Shown: piece after piece, positions 9,718 to 19,159 of the stretch
How the letters are laid out: every line of letters starts with the position of its first letter
Position numbering within the stretch: position 1 is the first letter of the stretch
Source of the DNA: an uncultured bacterium
GTDB taxonomy: Bacteria > Krumholzibacteriota > Krumholzibacteriia > LZORAL124-64-63
Direction: 5' to 3'
Length of the DNA stretch: 64,000 nt
Assembly: GCA_963732385.1 (NCBI GenBank)
Contig: CAVSZB010000003.1
Span: forward strand, 320,001-384,000
Program-made: the position numbers and the translations under genes
Notes under the pieces: model-generated
Told to the model about the DNA's origin: nothing
What the model saw: the letters and a program-made list of their open reading frames with translations, nothing else
Database searches by the model: none

Positions 9718-11229
9718 GTGGCCTCCACCCGCACCGTCGCCAGGAACACCGTCTTCCTGACTGTCGGCCTGATGTCGGGCCGCCTGCTGTCGGTCTTTGT
9801 TTTCCGCAAGATGAGCGGGACGCTCGGCCCCGAGGGCGTGGGCGTGGCCAACCTCGCCATCGACGTCGCCTCCATCCTGCTGGTCGTCGCCAACTACGGA
9901 CTCGGCAGCCTGATCACACGGGAAATCGCGCGCGAACGTCGGATGACGCTGCCGATCATGTGGTCGGCGCTGCAGATCCGCCTCGTGCTGGGTCTGGTCT
10001 GCTACGTACTGCTGCTTGGCTACGTCTGGGCCTCGGACTTCGGCGTGCTGCAGCGCGAGGCGCTGCTGATCATGGGCCTGGGCATCCTGCTCGAGGCGAC
10101 GGCCATGTCGTGTGACGGCGTCCTGCAGGCGCACGACATGGCGGAGAGCCAGATGTGGGGCCAGCTCGCCTCCGCCGTGGCTTACTTCGCGCTGGCCATC
10201 TGGTGGCTCGACGCCGGCTTCGGCGTGATGGGGGTCATCTGGGCCAACGTGGCGAGCAAGGTGGTGCGGCTGGTCGTCATGGTGCCGCTGATGTTGTTGC
10301 GCACCGGTCCCTGGGAGCGGCGGCCGACGGGCTACGAAGGGGTGCCGGCGGCGCACTGGCGCAGTCTGGCGGCGCTGTCGTGGCCGGTTTTCCTGTCCAC
10401 AACCTTTGGCATCCTCTACGTCAAAATCGACACGCCGCTCCTGCGCGCGTTCCGTGACAGCTCCGCGGTCGGCGTCTACACCCTGGGCCACCGGGGCCTG
10501 GACGTGCTGGCCATGGTGCCTGCCCAGTTCGCTACCGCGCTCTTCCCGGCGATGGTGCGGGCGGCCGCGGTCGGACGCCCCGAATTCGAGCGGATCAGTG
10601 AGCGCTCTCTCCGGTTCCTGCACCTGATCGTGCTGCCGCTGACGCTGTTGTGCGCGCTGGCCGCGGCGCCGTTGACGATGTGGCTCGCCAAGGGCGAGAG
10701 CGCCTTCGGAGATTCGGTCATCGTCTTCCGCATCGTCGTCTGGGGGCTCCCGTTCATGGCGGCGATGACGGTACTCAATCGCATGCTGTTCACGGCGGGT
10801 CGCGAGCGGGACTTCATCGCGATCGCGCTCGTGTCGCTGGGCGTCAATCTGGGGCTGAACGTGCTGCTGATTCCGCGCTTCGGCTACTTCGGCGCGAGCG
10901 TGGCGGTCGTGGCGAGCGTCGTGACGAGCACGGTAATGCACTGGTGGTTCGTGCGCCGAGCCGGGCTGCACCTGCCGATCATGCGCTCGTTGGTGCATGC
11001 GAGCGGGGCGCTGGGCGCCGCCTGGCTGACCGCCGCCGGTCTGGCGCAGTTGTGCGCGCCACGCTGGGGTACGACCTGGACCGCGTTGCCGGTCGCGGCC
11101 GGCTGGGGCCCCACGCTCGTGGTGATCAGCCTGACGACCCTGCTCTACCTGCCGGCGATGTGGTTCACGCGCGCGCTCACGCCGCAGGACCTGCCGGTGA
11201 TCACCTCCATGTTCCGCCGCGGCGATTGA
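9718..11229 (+). CDS. Wzx-like polysaccharide/oligosaccharide flippase
   Basis: VARNT...LGPEGVG, GLGSLITREIAR, KIDTPLL...VGVY, NVLLIPRFGYFGA; many TM segments. Confidence 0.9.
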   Translation: MASTRTVARNTVFLTVGLMSGRLLSVFVFRKMSGTLGPEGVGVANLAIDVASILLVVANYGLGSLITREIARERRMTLPIMWSALQIRLVLGLVCYVLLLGYVWASDFGVLQREALLIMGLGILLEATAMSCDGVLQAHDMAESQMWGQLASAVAYFALAIWWLDAGFGVMGVIWANVASKVVRLVVMVPLMLLRTGPWERRPTGYEGVPAAHWRSLAALSWPVFLSTTFGILYVKIDTPLLRAFRDSSAVGVYTLGHRGLDVLAMVPAQFATALFPAMVRAAAVGRPEFERISERSLRFLHLIVLPLTLLCALAAAPLTMWLAKGESAFGDSVIVFRIVVWGLPFMAAMTVLNRMLFTAGRERDFIAIALVSLGVNLGLNVLLIPRFGYFGASVAVVASVVTSTVMHWWFVRRAGLHLPIMRSLVHASGALGAAWLTAAGLAQLCAPRWGTTWTALPVAAGWGPTLVVISLTTLLYLPAMWFTRALTPQDLPVITSMFRRGD

Positions 11230-11248
11230 GCGCGGCGAAGGGAGTGGA

Positions 11249-12097
11249 ATGGATCTCGGTCTGACCGGGCGCGCGATCGTCGTGACCGGGGCTTCGAGCG
11301 GGATCGGCCTCGCCTGCGCCGAACTGCTCGCCGCGGAGGGGTGCAGCCTGGTGCTGCAGGGACGCGGCGGTATGGGCCGCCTCCAGGACTGGATCGACGC
11401 GCGCGGGCTCGCCTCGCGCGCGGTGGCTGTCGCGGCGGACGTGACGGACGAGGCGGCCGTGGAGGCGCTGTTCGCCGCCGGCGCGGCGCGCTTCGGCGCT
11501 CTGCACGGCTGCGTGGCGAGCGCGGGCATCTGGCCTGCCGAGGCGCGGGCGCTGATGGACGAGACGCCGGTGCGCATTCGCGAGGTGCTCGACGTGGATC
11601 TGCTCGGCGCGGTATGGACGACGCGCGCCTTCCAGCGGCAGGTCGCCGCGTGCAAGACGCGCGGATCGAGCCTGGTGCTGATCGGCTCGACGGCCGGCCG
11701 TTTCGGAGAGGCGGGGCACGCCGCCTACGCCGTGGCCAAGGCGGGCCTGCGCGGCCTGATGCTCTCCTGCAAGAACGAGATCGTGCGGATCGATCCCGAC
11801 GGACGGGTCAATCTGGTCGAGCCGGGCTGGACGCTCAGCCCCATGACCGAGGAGGCGCTGCAGGACGACGCTGCCGTTACCGGTGTCGTTCGTACCATGG
11901 CGCTGCGGCGCATCGCCGCCGCTCGTGACATCGCTGCCGCGTGCGCCTTCCTGCTCTCGCCGCTGGCCGCGGCCCACGCCTCCGGCCAGACTCTGACGCT
12001 GGCCGGAGGGATGGAGGGGCGTCTGCTGTGGCGGCGCGACGAGATCGATCCGGAGGCCATCCGGGCGCGCCTGCGCGGGGAAGGTGACCGGTCTTGA
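11249..12097 (+). CDS. SDR family oxidoreductase
   Basis: VVTGASSGIG, GSTAG, YAVAK catalytic motif, VNLVEPGW. Confidence 0.93.
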   Translation: MDLGLTGRAIVVTGASSGIGLACAELLAAEGCSLVLQGRGGMGRLQDWIDARGLASRAVAVAADVTDEAAVEALFAAGAARFGALHGCVASAGIWPAEARALMDETPVRIREVLDVDLLGAVWTTRAFQRQVAACKTRGSSLVLIGSTAGRFGEAGHAAYAVAKAGLRGLMLSCKNEIVRIDPDGRVNLVEPGWTLSPMTEEALQDDAAVTGVVRTMALRRIAAARDIAAACAFLLSPLAAAHASGQTLTLAGGMEGRLLWRRDEIDPEAIRARLRGEGDRS

Positions 12098-12208
12098 ACG
12101 GTCCAGGCCGCCTCGCGATCGCGGGGGGGCTTCATCCACACAGCGGGAGGCCGCCGCGTCGCTGGGCGTGAATCGGTCGGTCGTCTGCGAGGCGCTGGCC
12201 TGGGCGCG

Positions 12209-13768
12209 TTACCGCGTGTTGCTCGCGGCGGAGGAGAGCGTGAGGCAGCTGTCCGGGGTGCTCGCCGAGGGGTGAGTGGTCGCGGCAGCGTTGGCGTCGG
12301 CGGAGCCGTCGGGGCCGCGCGGGGCGTCGTCAGCCACCTCGAGCGTCACTTCGAACCAGAAGGTAGAACCGCGTTCCGGTTCGCTCTCCGCTCCCATGGT
12401 GCCGCCCAGCCAGGCGACCAGCTGGTGGCTGATCGCCAGTCCGAGTCCCGCCCCGCCGTACGGGCGGCTCAGGGAGTTGTCGGCCTGGTTGAAGCGGTCG
12501 AACACCGTGGCCAGCCTGTCCGCCGGAATGCCGATGCCGGTGTCGGTCACGGCGAAATGGAAGCAGGCGCGCCGCGGGGCCACCGGTCGCGCGCGGACGG
12601 CCAGCGTGACGCCGCCGGTCGGGGTGAACTTCACCGCGTTGTCGAGCAGGCCGTTGAGGACCTGCGTGAGGCGGTCCGCGTCAACCACGACCCGTTGCGG
12701 CGTCTCCGGGTCATAATCGACGACGAGCCTCAGGCCCCGCTCCCGACACGACGAAGTCTGGCGATCCGCCGCCGCGCGCACGACCTGCGCGAGGTCGCAG
12801 GCGGCCGCCGCGCGCGGCAGCTGGCCCGACTCGATCCGCACGTACTCGAGGATCGCATCGATGATCTCGAGCAGGCAACGGGCCGAGTCGTCCACGGAGG
12901 TGACATACTCCCGCTGCTCGACATCGAGCATCGTCTGTTCGAGCAGCGAGGTCATGCCCATGACGCCGTTGAGCGGCGTGCGCAGTTCGTGGCTCATGTT
13001 GGCGAGGAACTGGCTCTTGGCCTGGCTGGCTGCGTCGGCCATCTTCCGGGCCACGGTCAGAGATGCTTCACGCTCTTCCACCCGCGCCAGCATGGCGTTG
13101 AAGGCGTCGACCAGCCTGCCGGTCTCGTCTCCGGTGACGCGAACCGCGCGGGTGGTGTAGTCCTGTGCGTTCGTGACGCGGCGCGCCGCTTCGGCCAGCC
13201 CCGAGATCGGCTCCGAGATCAGTCGCTGCAGCCGCGCGGCCAACAGGAACGCGCATGCGGCGGCCGCGGCCATCAGCGCCAGCATCATGCCGATATGGGC
13301 GGCGATGCGCCGGCGCAGGTCGGCAAGGTTCGTGCGCAAAAAGACCGTGCCGACCCGCTCCCCGTCCAGCATCACCGGTCGGAACATGATCAGCGAACCG
13401 TTCACGGAGCGCGCCAGGCCGCCCTCCCTGGGCGGCCGTGGCGCATCCCTGGGCACCTCGCCGCGGAAGTAGGCGGCGAACAGGTGTCCCCGGGAATCGT
13501 AAAGATAGGCGTCATCGAGATGCGGTGCGGCGCTCAGTCCGGCCAGGAGGCGCTCGGCATCCTTGACGTCGCCGAAGGCGAGGGCCGGGGCGCAGCTGGC
13601 GCCCATCAGCTCGGTGAGCATGGAGAGGTCGCGGTAGCGCGCCAGGCGGGTGTCGCGCGCGTCCTGCAGGGCCGCGCCAGCGCCGACGATCAACAGTCCG
13701 GCGACCGTGGTGACGGTGATGATGCACATCAGCTTGGTGCGGATCGGGAAGTCGCGGAAACGGATCAT
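12209..13768 (-). CDS. Membrane sensor histidine kinase (CHASE8-like sensor, HAMP, HisKA, HATPase)
   Basis: PALAFGD, DETGRLVDAFNAML, AKSQFLANMSHELRTPLNG, NAVKFT, DTGIGI, GAGLGLAIS; ATG overlaps the YfiR stop. Confidence 0.92.
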   Translation of the reverse strand: MIRFRDFPIRTKLMCIITVTTVAGLLIVGAGAALQDARDTRLARYRDLSMLTELMGASCAPALAFGDVKDAERLLAGLSAAPHLDDAYLYDSRGHLFAAYFRGEVPRDAPRPPREGGLARSVNGSLIMFRPVMLDGERVGTVFLRTNLADLRRRIAAHIGMMLALMAAAAACAFLLAARLQRLISEPISGLAEAARRVTNAQDYTTRAVRVTGDETGRLVDAFNAMLARVEEREASLTVARKMADAASQAKSQFLANMSHELRTPLNGVMGMTSLLEQTMLDVEQREYVTSVDDSARCLLEIIDAILEYVRIESGQLPRAAAACDLAQVVRAAADRQTSSCRERGLRLVVDYDPETPQRVVVDADRLTQVLNGLLDNAVKFTPTGGVTLAVRARPVAPRRACFHFAVTDTGIGIPADRLATVFDRFNQADNSLSRPYGGAGLGLAISHQLVAWLGGTMGAESEPERGSTFWFEVTLEVADDAPRGPDGSADANAAATTHPSASTPDSCLTLSSAASNTR

Positions 13769-14373
13769 CGCGATACCTCCCGGGGCTGAGCCAGCACTTC
13801 GTCGGCGAGCTGCAGCAGGGGGGCGCCGACCCGCAGACCGACGGCGCGCGCGGCGTCCGGGAGGATCCGGAAACGCAACCGGTTGTCGCGGGTCAGCAGT
13901 TCGATCATACCGCCGCAGTCGGTGAAGTTCCGGCCCTCGCCGACGGTCAGGACCGGATGTCCCCGGGTGCCCGCAAGCAGCGCGGTCAGTTGCGCCGCCG
14001 AGGCGTCGTGGCAGTAGAGCAGGTGGCAGTCCGAGGGGTCGTCGACGGGACCGAGCGGCACGATGCGCACGACATGCCCGCGCACCAGCCGGCCCTGGAG
14101 CGCGACGAAGGCGGCAGGGACCTTGTCCGGCGTGAACACACCGAGGCGCAGACTCGCGGTGTCGGGCAGCGCCTCGCGAGGCCATTCCACGAAGCGCGCG
14201 AAATTGAAGACGAAGGCGGCGCGGAGGTTCAGTTCACGGGCCGCGTCATTGCCGTCCGGATCCGGAGCCGGAGGCGGCAAGGCGCGGGCCGTTGCGGGCG
14301 CGAGCAGGCACCCGGCGAGCGCGATGGCTGCCAGCCGCACGGCCAGTGAGTGGATACAGACGCGGTCGCCCAC
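13765..14373 (-). CDS. YfiR family periplasmic protein
   Basis: LRAAFVFNFARFVEWP, CHLLY, VLTVGE..F...GGMI, LLQLA. Confidence 0.9.
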   Translation of the reverse strand: MGDRVCIHSLAVRLAAIALAGCLLAPATARALPPPAPDPDGNDAARELNLRAAFVFNFARFVEWPREALPDTASLRLGVFTPDKVPAAFVALQGRLVRGHVVRIVPLGPVDDPSDCHLLYCHDASAAQLTALLAGTRGHPVLTVGEGRNFTDCGGMIELLTRDNRLRFRILPDAARAVGLRVGAPLLQLADEVLAQPREVSR

Positions 14374-14555
14374 TGCGCTCCCTCGGCTCGGGGTGACGGA
14401 GTGGATATCGTCAAGAAGCCGGGGAGCTTGAGCGATTGAGGGGGTCGGAGTGGCGGGAGGATGTCGGCGCGCTTAGCATGCCCTCATCGGATAATGATTG
14501 CCGGCATCAATGCGTCGCCGGGCCGCGGCCCGGCGACGGAGGGAGGGCGATCCCC

Positions 14556-15308
14556 ATGTCGACGCGACGTGAATTCCTGGGTCGGACGCTCGCGACCGGA
14601 GGTCTTCTGGTACTGCCGGGATTGCTGCGCGCCGATCCCGCGCCGGCCCGCGTCTCCTCCGCCGGCGCCGCCCCGCCGGCCGGCGGCGGCGCGCCCGGTG
14701 AACATCAGTTGCCGCCGCTCCCCTACGCCTACGACGCGCTCGAACCGCACATCGATGCCCGGACCATGGCGCTCCACCACGACAAACATCACCTCGCCTA
14801 CGTAAACGGCCTGAACGCCGCCGAGAAGGCGCTGGCCGAGGCGCGTGCCCAGGGCAGGTTCGACGACCTCGAGAAGCTGATGCGCCAGGTCGCCTTCCAC
14901 GGCAGCGGCCACTACAACCACGTCGTGTTCTGGAACAACCTGCGCCCCGCCAGCCAGGCGAAGCCGCGCCCCGAGGGGGACCTGCTGCAGCGGATCGAAC
15001 ACGATTTCGGCAGCCTCGACGCCTGCAAGGCGCAACTGACTGCGGCCTCCGTGAAGGTGGAGGGGAACGGCTGGGGCGTGCTGGCCTGGCATCCCGGCTT
15101 CGGCACCCTGGTCACCCTCGCCTTCATGAACCACCAGAACTCCATGCAGAGCGCCACCCTGCCGCTCCTGGTCTGCGACGTCTGGGAGCACGCCTACTAC
15201 CTGAAGTACGAAAACCGCCGCGCCGACTACGTGACCGCCTGGTGGAAAGTCGTCGACTGGGCCGACGTCGAGCGGCGCTTCGCGGCGGCGCGGGGACTGG
15301 TGATCTGA
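14556..15308 (+). CDS. Fe/Mn superoxide dismutase with Tat signal peptide
   Basis: TRREFL Tat motif; LPPLPYAYDALEPHID, HHDKHH, GSGHYNH, DVWEHAYYL. Confidence 0.95.
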   Translation: MSTRREFLGRTLATGGLLVLPGLLRADPAPARVSSAGAAPPAGGGAPGEHQLPPLPYAYDALEPHIDARTMALHHDKHHLAYVNGLNAAEKALAEARAQGRFDDLEKLMRQVAFHGSGHYNHVVFWNNLRPASQAKPRPEGDLLQRIEHDFGSLDACKAQLTAASVKVEGNGWGVLAWHPGFGTLVTLAFMNHQNSMQSATLPLLVCDVWEHAYYLKYENRRADYVTAWWKVVDWADVERRFAAARGLVI

Positions 15309-15519
15309 ACGGGCGGTGGGCCGGCGCTCCGGCAGGAAGTCGAAGCACACCAGCGCGACTGCGCGCAATGTCGCGACCTGATCGGGCTGCTCGCCTCGAC
15401 GATGAATCAATGCCCGGCAATGCGAGGGGTTTTCAAGCCTGCCGGTCCACGCTAAGGTCTCCTCGCCGGCCGCGTGGCGAGCTCCCGCGCCTGCAGCGTC
15501 GCCGGCGAGGAGGTTCCGC

Positions 15520-16923
15520 ATGCACTATCCGTGGTGGCACATCCCGTTTCTCACCTCGCCGATGCTGATCGCGCTCATCTCCACGGTACACATCTATGTG
15601 TCGATGTATGCCGTGGGGGGCGGGCTGTTCCTGGCCGCCGAGACGCGGCACGCCCACGCCACGGGCAACCGTGCCTACCTCGACTACCTGCACGATCATG
15701 CGCGGTTCTTCATTCTGCTGACGGTGGTGTTCGGGGCGATCACCGGGGTGGGGATCTGGTGGACGATCGGGTTGGCGTCGCCGCTGGCGACCGAGACGCT
15801 GATCCACGCTTTCGTCTTCGGGTGGGCGATCGAGTATGTGTTCTTCGTGATCGAACTCGTGGCGGCGTTCGTTTTCTATTACTACTGGGACCGGCTCGAG
15901 CCGCGAACGCACGTGCGGATCGGTATCATCTATGCGGCGGCGGCCTGGATCAGCCTGGTCCTGATCACCGGCATCACCGCGTTCATGCTGAACCCCGGGC
16001 GCTGGCCGCAGACCCACGACTTCTGGGACGGCTTCCTGAACCCGCAGTTCCTGCCGCAGACCGTTTCGCGCACCGGCGGCGCGCTGCTCATGGCGAGTCT
16101 GTACGTCTTCCTGCACGCCGCGTTCCGCGCCAGGGATCCGCAGCTGCTGACGCTGATCGGGCGGCGGTCGGCGCGGCCGGGGCTGCTGGGCGCCGGCCTG
16201 GTGACGCTCGGCGGGTTGTGGTGGTACGCGGCGCTGCCGGCGTCGGCGCGGGCGGCGCTGGTGGCCGCGGCGCCGCTGAACATCCTGGTGCTGCTGCTGT
16301 TTGCGGTGACCATCGTCGTGTTCGTCATGCTCTACGTCGGTCCGTACCGCAAACCGGGATGGGTCTCGCCCGGCTTCGCAGTTCTGCTGTTCACGTTCGG
16401 GCTGGCGGCGATCGGCGCCGGCGAGTTCGTGCGCGAGGCGGTGCGCAAGCCGTACATCTGTTACGACGTGGTGCTGAGCAACCAGATCCTCAGGGAGGAG
16501 CTGCCATCGCTGCGGCGGCACGGCTACCTCGAGGGGGGCACCTGGACGCGGGCCTGGGTGGCGCGGCAGTGGCCGAGCGCGGTCACTCCGGACGGACGGG
16601 TGATCGAGGACTCGCTGCTCGCGCTGCCGGCGGTGGAAAGGTTGAAGGTGGGCGAGGTCCTGTTCCAGTACCACTGCAACGATTGCCATGCCGCGCGCGC
16701 CGGCCTGAGCGCCGTGGCCCAGCTCACGCGTGGCTGGACCGACGAGATGCTGCACGAGGTCGTGCAGCATCCGGAACGGTCGCACTTCTTCATGCCGCCC
16801 TGGGCCGGCACGCCGCAGGAGGCGCGTCTGCTGCAGGGCTACCTCGGGTCGATCGCCCTGCCGTTCCCGGAGGGGCTGTCGCTTGGCGGCGCCGGCGGCA
16901 GCGCGGGCGGGGCCGGGCGCTGA
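15520..16923 (+). CDS. Cytochrome bd subunit I (CydA)-like membrane protein fused to a C-terminal c-type cytochrome
   Basis: STVHIYVSMYAVGGG, GAITGVGIW, WAIEYVFF, ITAFMLNP, EFVREAVRKPY, then CNDCH with distal MPP. Confidence 0.85.
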   Translation: MHYPWWHIPFLTSPMLIALISTVHIYVSMYAVGGGLFLAAETRHAHATGNRAYLDYLHDHARFFILLTVVFGAITGVGIWWTIGLASPLATETLIHAFVFGWAIEYVFFVIELVAAFVFYYYWDRLEPRTHVRIGIIYAAAAWISLVLITGITAFMLNPGRWPQTHDFWDGFLNPQFLPQTVSRTGGALLMASLYVFLHAAFRARDPQLLTLIGRRSARPGLLGAGLVTLGGLWWYAALPASARAALVAAAPLNILVLLLFAVTIVVFVMLYVGPYRKPGWVSPGFAVLLFTFGLAAIGAGEFVREAVRKPYICYDVVLSNQILREELPSLRRHGYLEGGTWTRAWVARQWPSAVTPDGRVIEDSLLALPAVERLKVGEVLFQYHCNDCHAARAGLSAVAQLTRGWTDEMLHEVVQHPERSHFFMPPWAGTPQEARLLQGYLGSIALPFPEGLSLGGAGGSAGGAGR

Positions 16924-16951
16924 GTTTGCGAGTCGCGAGGAGGACGCACGG

Positions 16952-18109
16952 ATGGAGACCAGTCTGATCGGTCCGGCCAGTCCGCTGGGCTCCCCTGCCC
17001 CGTACTGGTTCCTGGTCGGCTTCAAGGCGCTGGGGCTGGCGCTGCACCTGTTGCCGATGCACCTCTGGTTCGCCGGCATCCTGGTCATGCTGCTGCTGCG
17101 CCGCGGGACCGACCCGCAGGCCGGGCGCCTGAGTGACCGGATCATGAGCCAGATGCCGGTGATCGTGGCGGTCGGCGTGAACCTCGGCATCGTGCCGCTG
17201 CTGTTCACGCAGGTGGCGTACTACCGTGTCTTCTATCCGGCCGGCGTGCTCATGGCGTGGCCTTGGTTCATGGTGGTTCCGCTGCTGTGCCTCGCCTACT
17301 ACGGCGTCTACGCCTATGCTTTCGGGGTGCGCGCGGGGCGGCTGGCGCCATGGCGCGGGGCGGCAGGCTGGACGGCCTGCGCCTTCTTCATCGTGATCGG
17401 CTGGCTGTTCACCAACCTGTTCGCGCTGATGGTCAACGTGCCGGCATGGCGTCGTCTGTGGGCCGCCACCAGCCTGGCGGGCGCCCCGCTCGGCATCGCG
17501 TTCGACACCGCCGATCCGACGCTCTGGCCCCGCTGGCTGATGATGTTCGGTCTCGCCATCACCACGACGGCGGCCTGGGTGGCGTTCGACGCCGGCGTGT
17601 TCGCCGGGGGCGAAGCGGTCGCTTACCGGCGCTGGGCGCGGGGTTTTGCGCTGCGCCTCCACACGGTGGGGATCGTCTGGTTCGCGGCGGCCGGTTCCTG
17701 GTACCTCTTCGGCGCGCTCAACCCGGGTATTCGCGCCCGGCTCACGAACGGTCCGCTGCTGCTGCTCACCGCACTGACCGCCCTGAGCCCCGGTCTGGTC
17801 TGGCTGCTGCTCCTGCTGACGGCGCGGCGCCGGGACGGCGCCCACGCCCACGCCTGGGGGCTCGCGCTGCTGGGTATGCAGTTCCTTGTGCTGGCCCTGA
17901 ACGTTGTCAGTCGGCAGATCGTGCAGAACCGCGAACTGCGCCCGTTTCTCGACGTGACCTCCGAGCTGGTCCGCGCGCAGACCGGTCCGCTCCTGCTGTT
18001 CCTCGGGCTGTTCGTGGCGGGGGTGGGCGTCGTGATCTGGATGCTGCGACAGGCGGTGCGCGCCGACCGGTCGGCGCGCGCATCCCACCGGACCGCACCG
18101 ATCGCCTAG
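16952..18109 (+). CDS. Multi-TM partner subunit, CydA-like fold
   Basis: GGAGG RBS; LHLLPMHL, VNLGIVPLLFTQVAY, PRWL; about 9-10 TM segments; same strand and adjacent to 15520-16923. Confidence 0.7.
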   Translation: METSLIGPASPLGSPAPYWFLVGFKALGLALHLLPMHLWFAGILVMLLLRRGTDPQAGRLSDRIMSQMPVIVAVGVNLGIVPLLFTQVAYYRVFYPAGVLMAWPWFMVVPLLCLAYYGVYAYAFGVRAGRLAPWRGAAGWTACAFFIVIGWLFTNLFALMVNVPAWRRLWAATSLAGAPLGIAFDTADPTLWPRWLMMFGLAITTTAAWVAFDAGVFAGGEAVAYRRWARGFALRLHTVGIVWFAAAGSWYLFGALNPGIRARLTNGPLLLLTALTALSPGLVWLLLLLTARRRDGAHAHAWGLALLGMQFLVLALNVVSRQIVQNRELRPFLDVTSELVRAQTGPLLLFLGLFVAGVGVVIWMLRQAVRADRSARASHRTAPIA

Positions 18110-18783
18110 CCCCCGACGATTTCCGGCGGATGCACCTCCGCCTCGGCGCGAAAGCCGCTGATCAGCGTGTCGAAGTACGTCTCCACCCGGCGGGCCGCCA
18201 ACTCCGGATCGCGGTTCTGGCAGGCGTCGGCCAGGTCGCGAAGGCAGCTCTCGGCGAGGCGCCGGAGATTGTCGCTCATGTACAGATACACGCGGTAACG
18301 ACGGCTCCGCATCTGCAGCGCTTCCAGCAGTCTCATCAGGCGCGGGCGATCGGGCGCATTGAACAGAAGCGCGTGGAATTCCGAGATGAGCGCGCCCCAG
18401 CGGTGACCGTCCGGCTCGATCTCCATCGCCGCCAGCAGGTCGGTCAGACGTTGCAGGTCGGCATCCGAGAGGCGGGGCAGCGTCCGGCGCACCGCAAGCT
18501 GCAACAGGGCGCTGCGCATCTCCGCGATTTCCACGCCGTCTTCCACCGTGATCGGAGTGACGATCGCCCCGCGATACGGCTGGATCTCGACATACTCCTC
18601 GGCTTCGAGTCGTCGCAATGCCTCGCGCAGCGGAATGCGGCTGACCTCGAACTGTTTTGCCAGATCCGCTTCCCGCAGCGCTCGCCCCGGGGTGTAGACC
18701 TGGGTGATGATGTTCTCGCGGATGGTTTCAGCCAGGTGCGTCGCAAGCGTGCAGTGGCCGGCCGGATGGTCGCGTGTGGACAT
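18106..18783 (-). CDS. GntR family (FadR/FCD subfamily) transcriptional regulator
   Basis: PG.ALREADLAKQFEVSRIPLREALRRLEAE wHTH; FCD-like EFHALL. Confidence 0.92.
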   Translation of the reverse strand: MSTRDHPAGHCTLATHLAETIRENIITQVYTPGRALREADLAKQFEVSRIPLREALRRLEAEEYVEIQPYRGAIVTPITVEDGVEIAEMRSALLQLAVRRTLPRLSDADLQRLTDLLAAMEIEPDGHRWGALISEFHALLFNAPDRPRLMRLLEALQMRSRRYRVYLYMSDNLRRLAESCLRDLADACQNRDPELAARRVETYFDTLISGFRAEAEVHPPEIVGG

Positions 18784-18946
18784 GTCGCCCCCATGTCTAT
18801 TGAAAGAGAGCAGGCCGTTCCGAGACGGCCTGTGGCGCCGGCGTCCCGCGTCTATATCCGTCCGCTGGGCGATAGCGGTCGGGATCGCGGGAGCGCCGGC
18901 GCGCGGATTCGCCATGGGCGAGGGCGTGGACGATCCGACATGTAAT

Positions 18947-18975
18947 ATTGTATACAATCCGTCGCAACAGGGCAA
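18947..18975 (-). promoter_or_regulatory. gntR promoter (TTGCCC-17-TACAAT) overlapped by palindrome ATTGTATACAAT
   Basis: Perfect 12-bp palindrome at 18947-18958 of the GntR GT-N-AC type covering the -10 element. Confidence 0.7.
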
Positions 18976-19159
18976 GATTATATTCCAGGCTTGGGTGATC
19001 TAGTTTTCTGTAGGGGACGATAATGCTATTGTTTTTCCCTTCGCCGGTGGGCGCGAGGTGCCCGTCACCCTGGCCGGTTGACCCCGCGAAGGGAGATGCG
19101 GTCCGCCCTGCGTCGGCCGACACTGGCTCGCCACAAACCGCCGGGCTATGATTCCTCTC

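Noticed and set aside
9451..11655. 734-aa minus-strand ORF and similar long Arg/Ala/Pro-rich ORFs (e.g. 36736-39489, 39573-42095, 20762-22732)
   Set aside because: Shadow frames of well-supported genes, expected at this GC content
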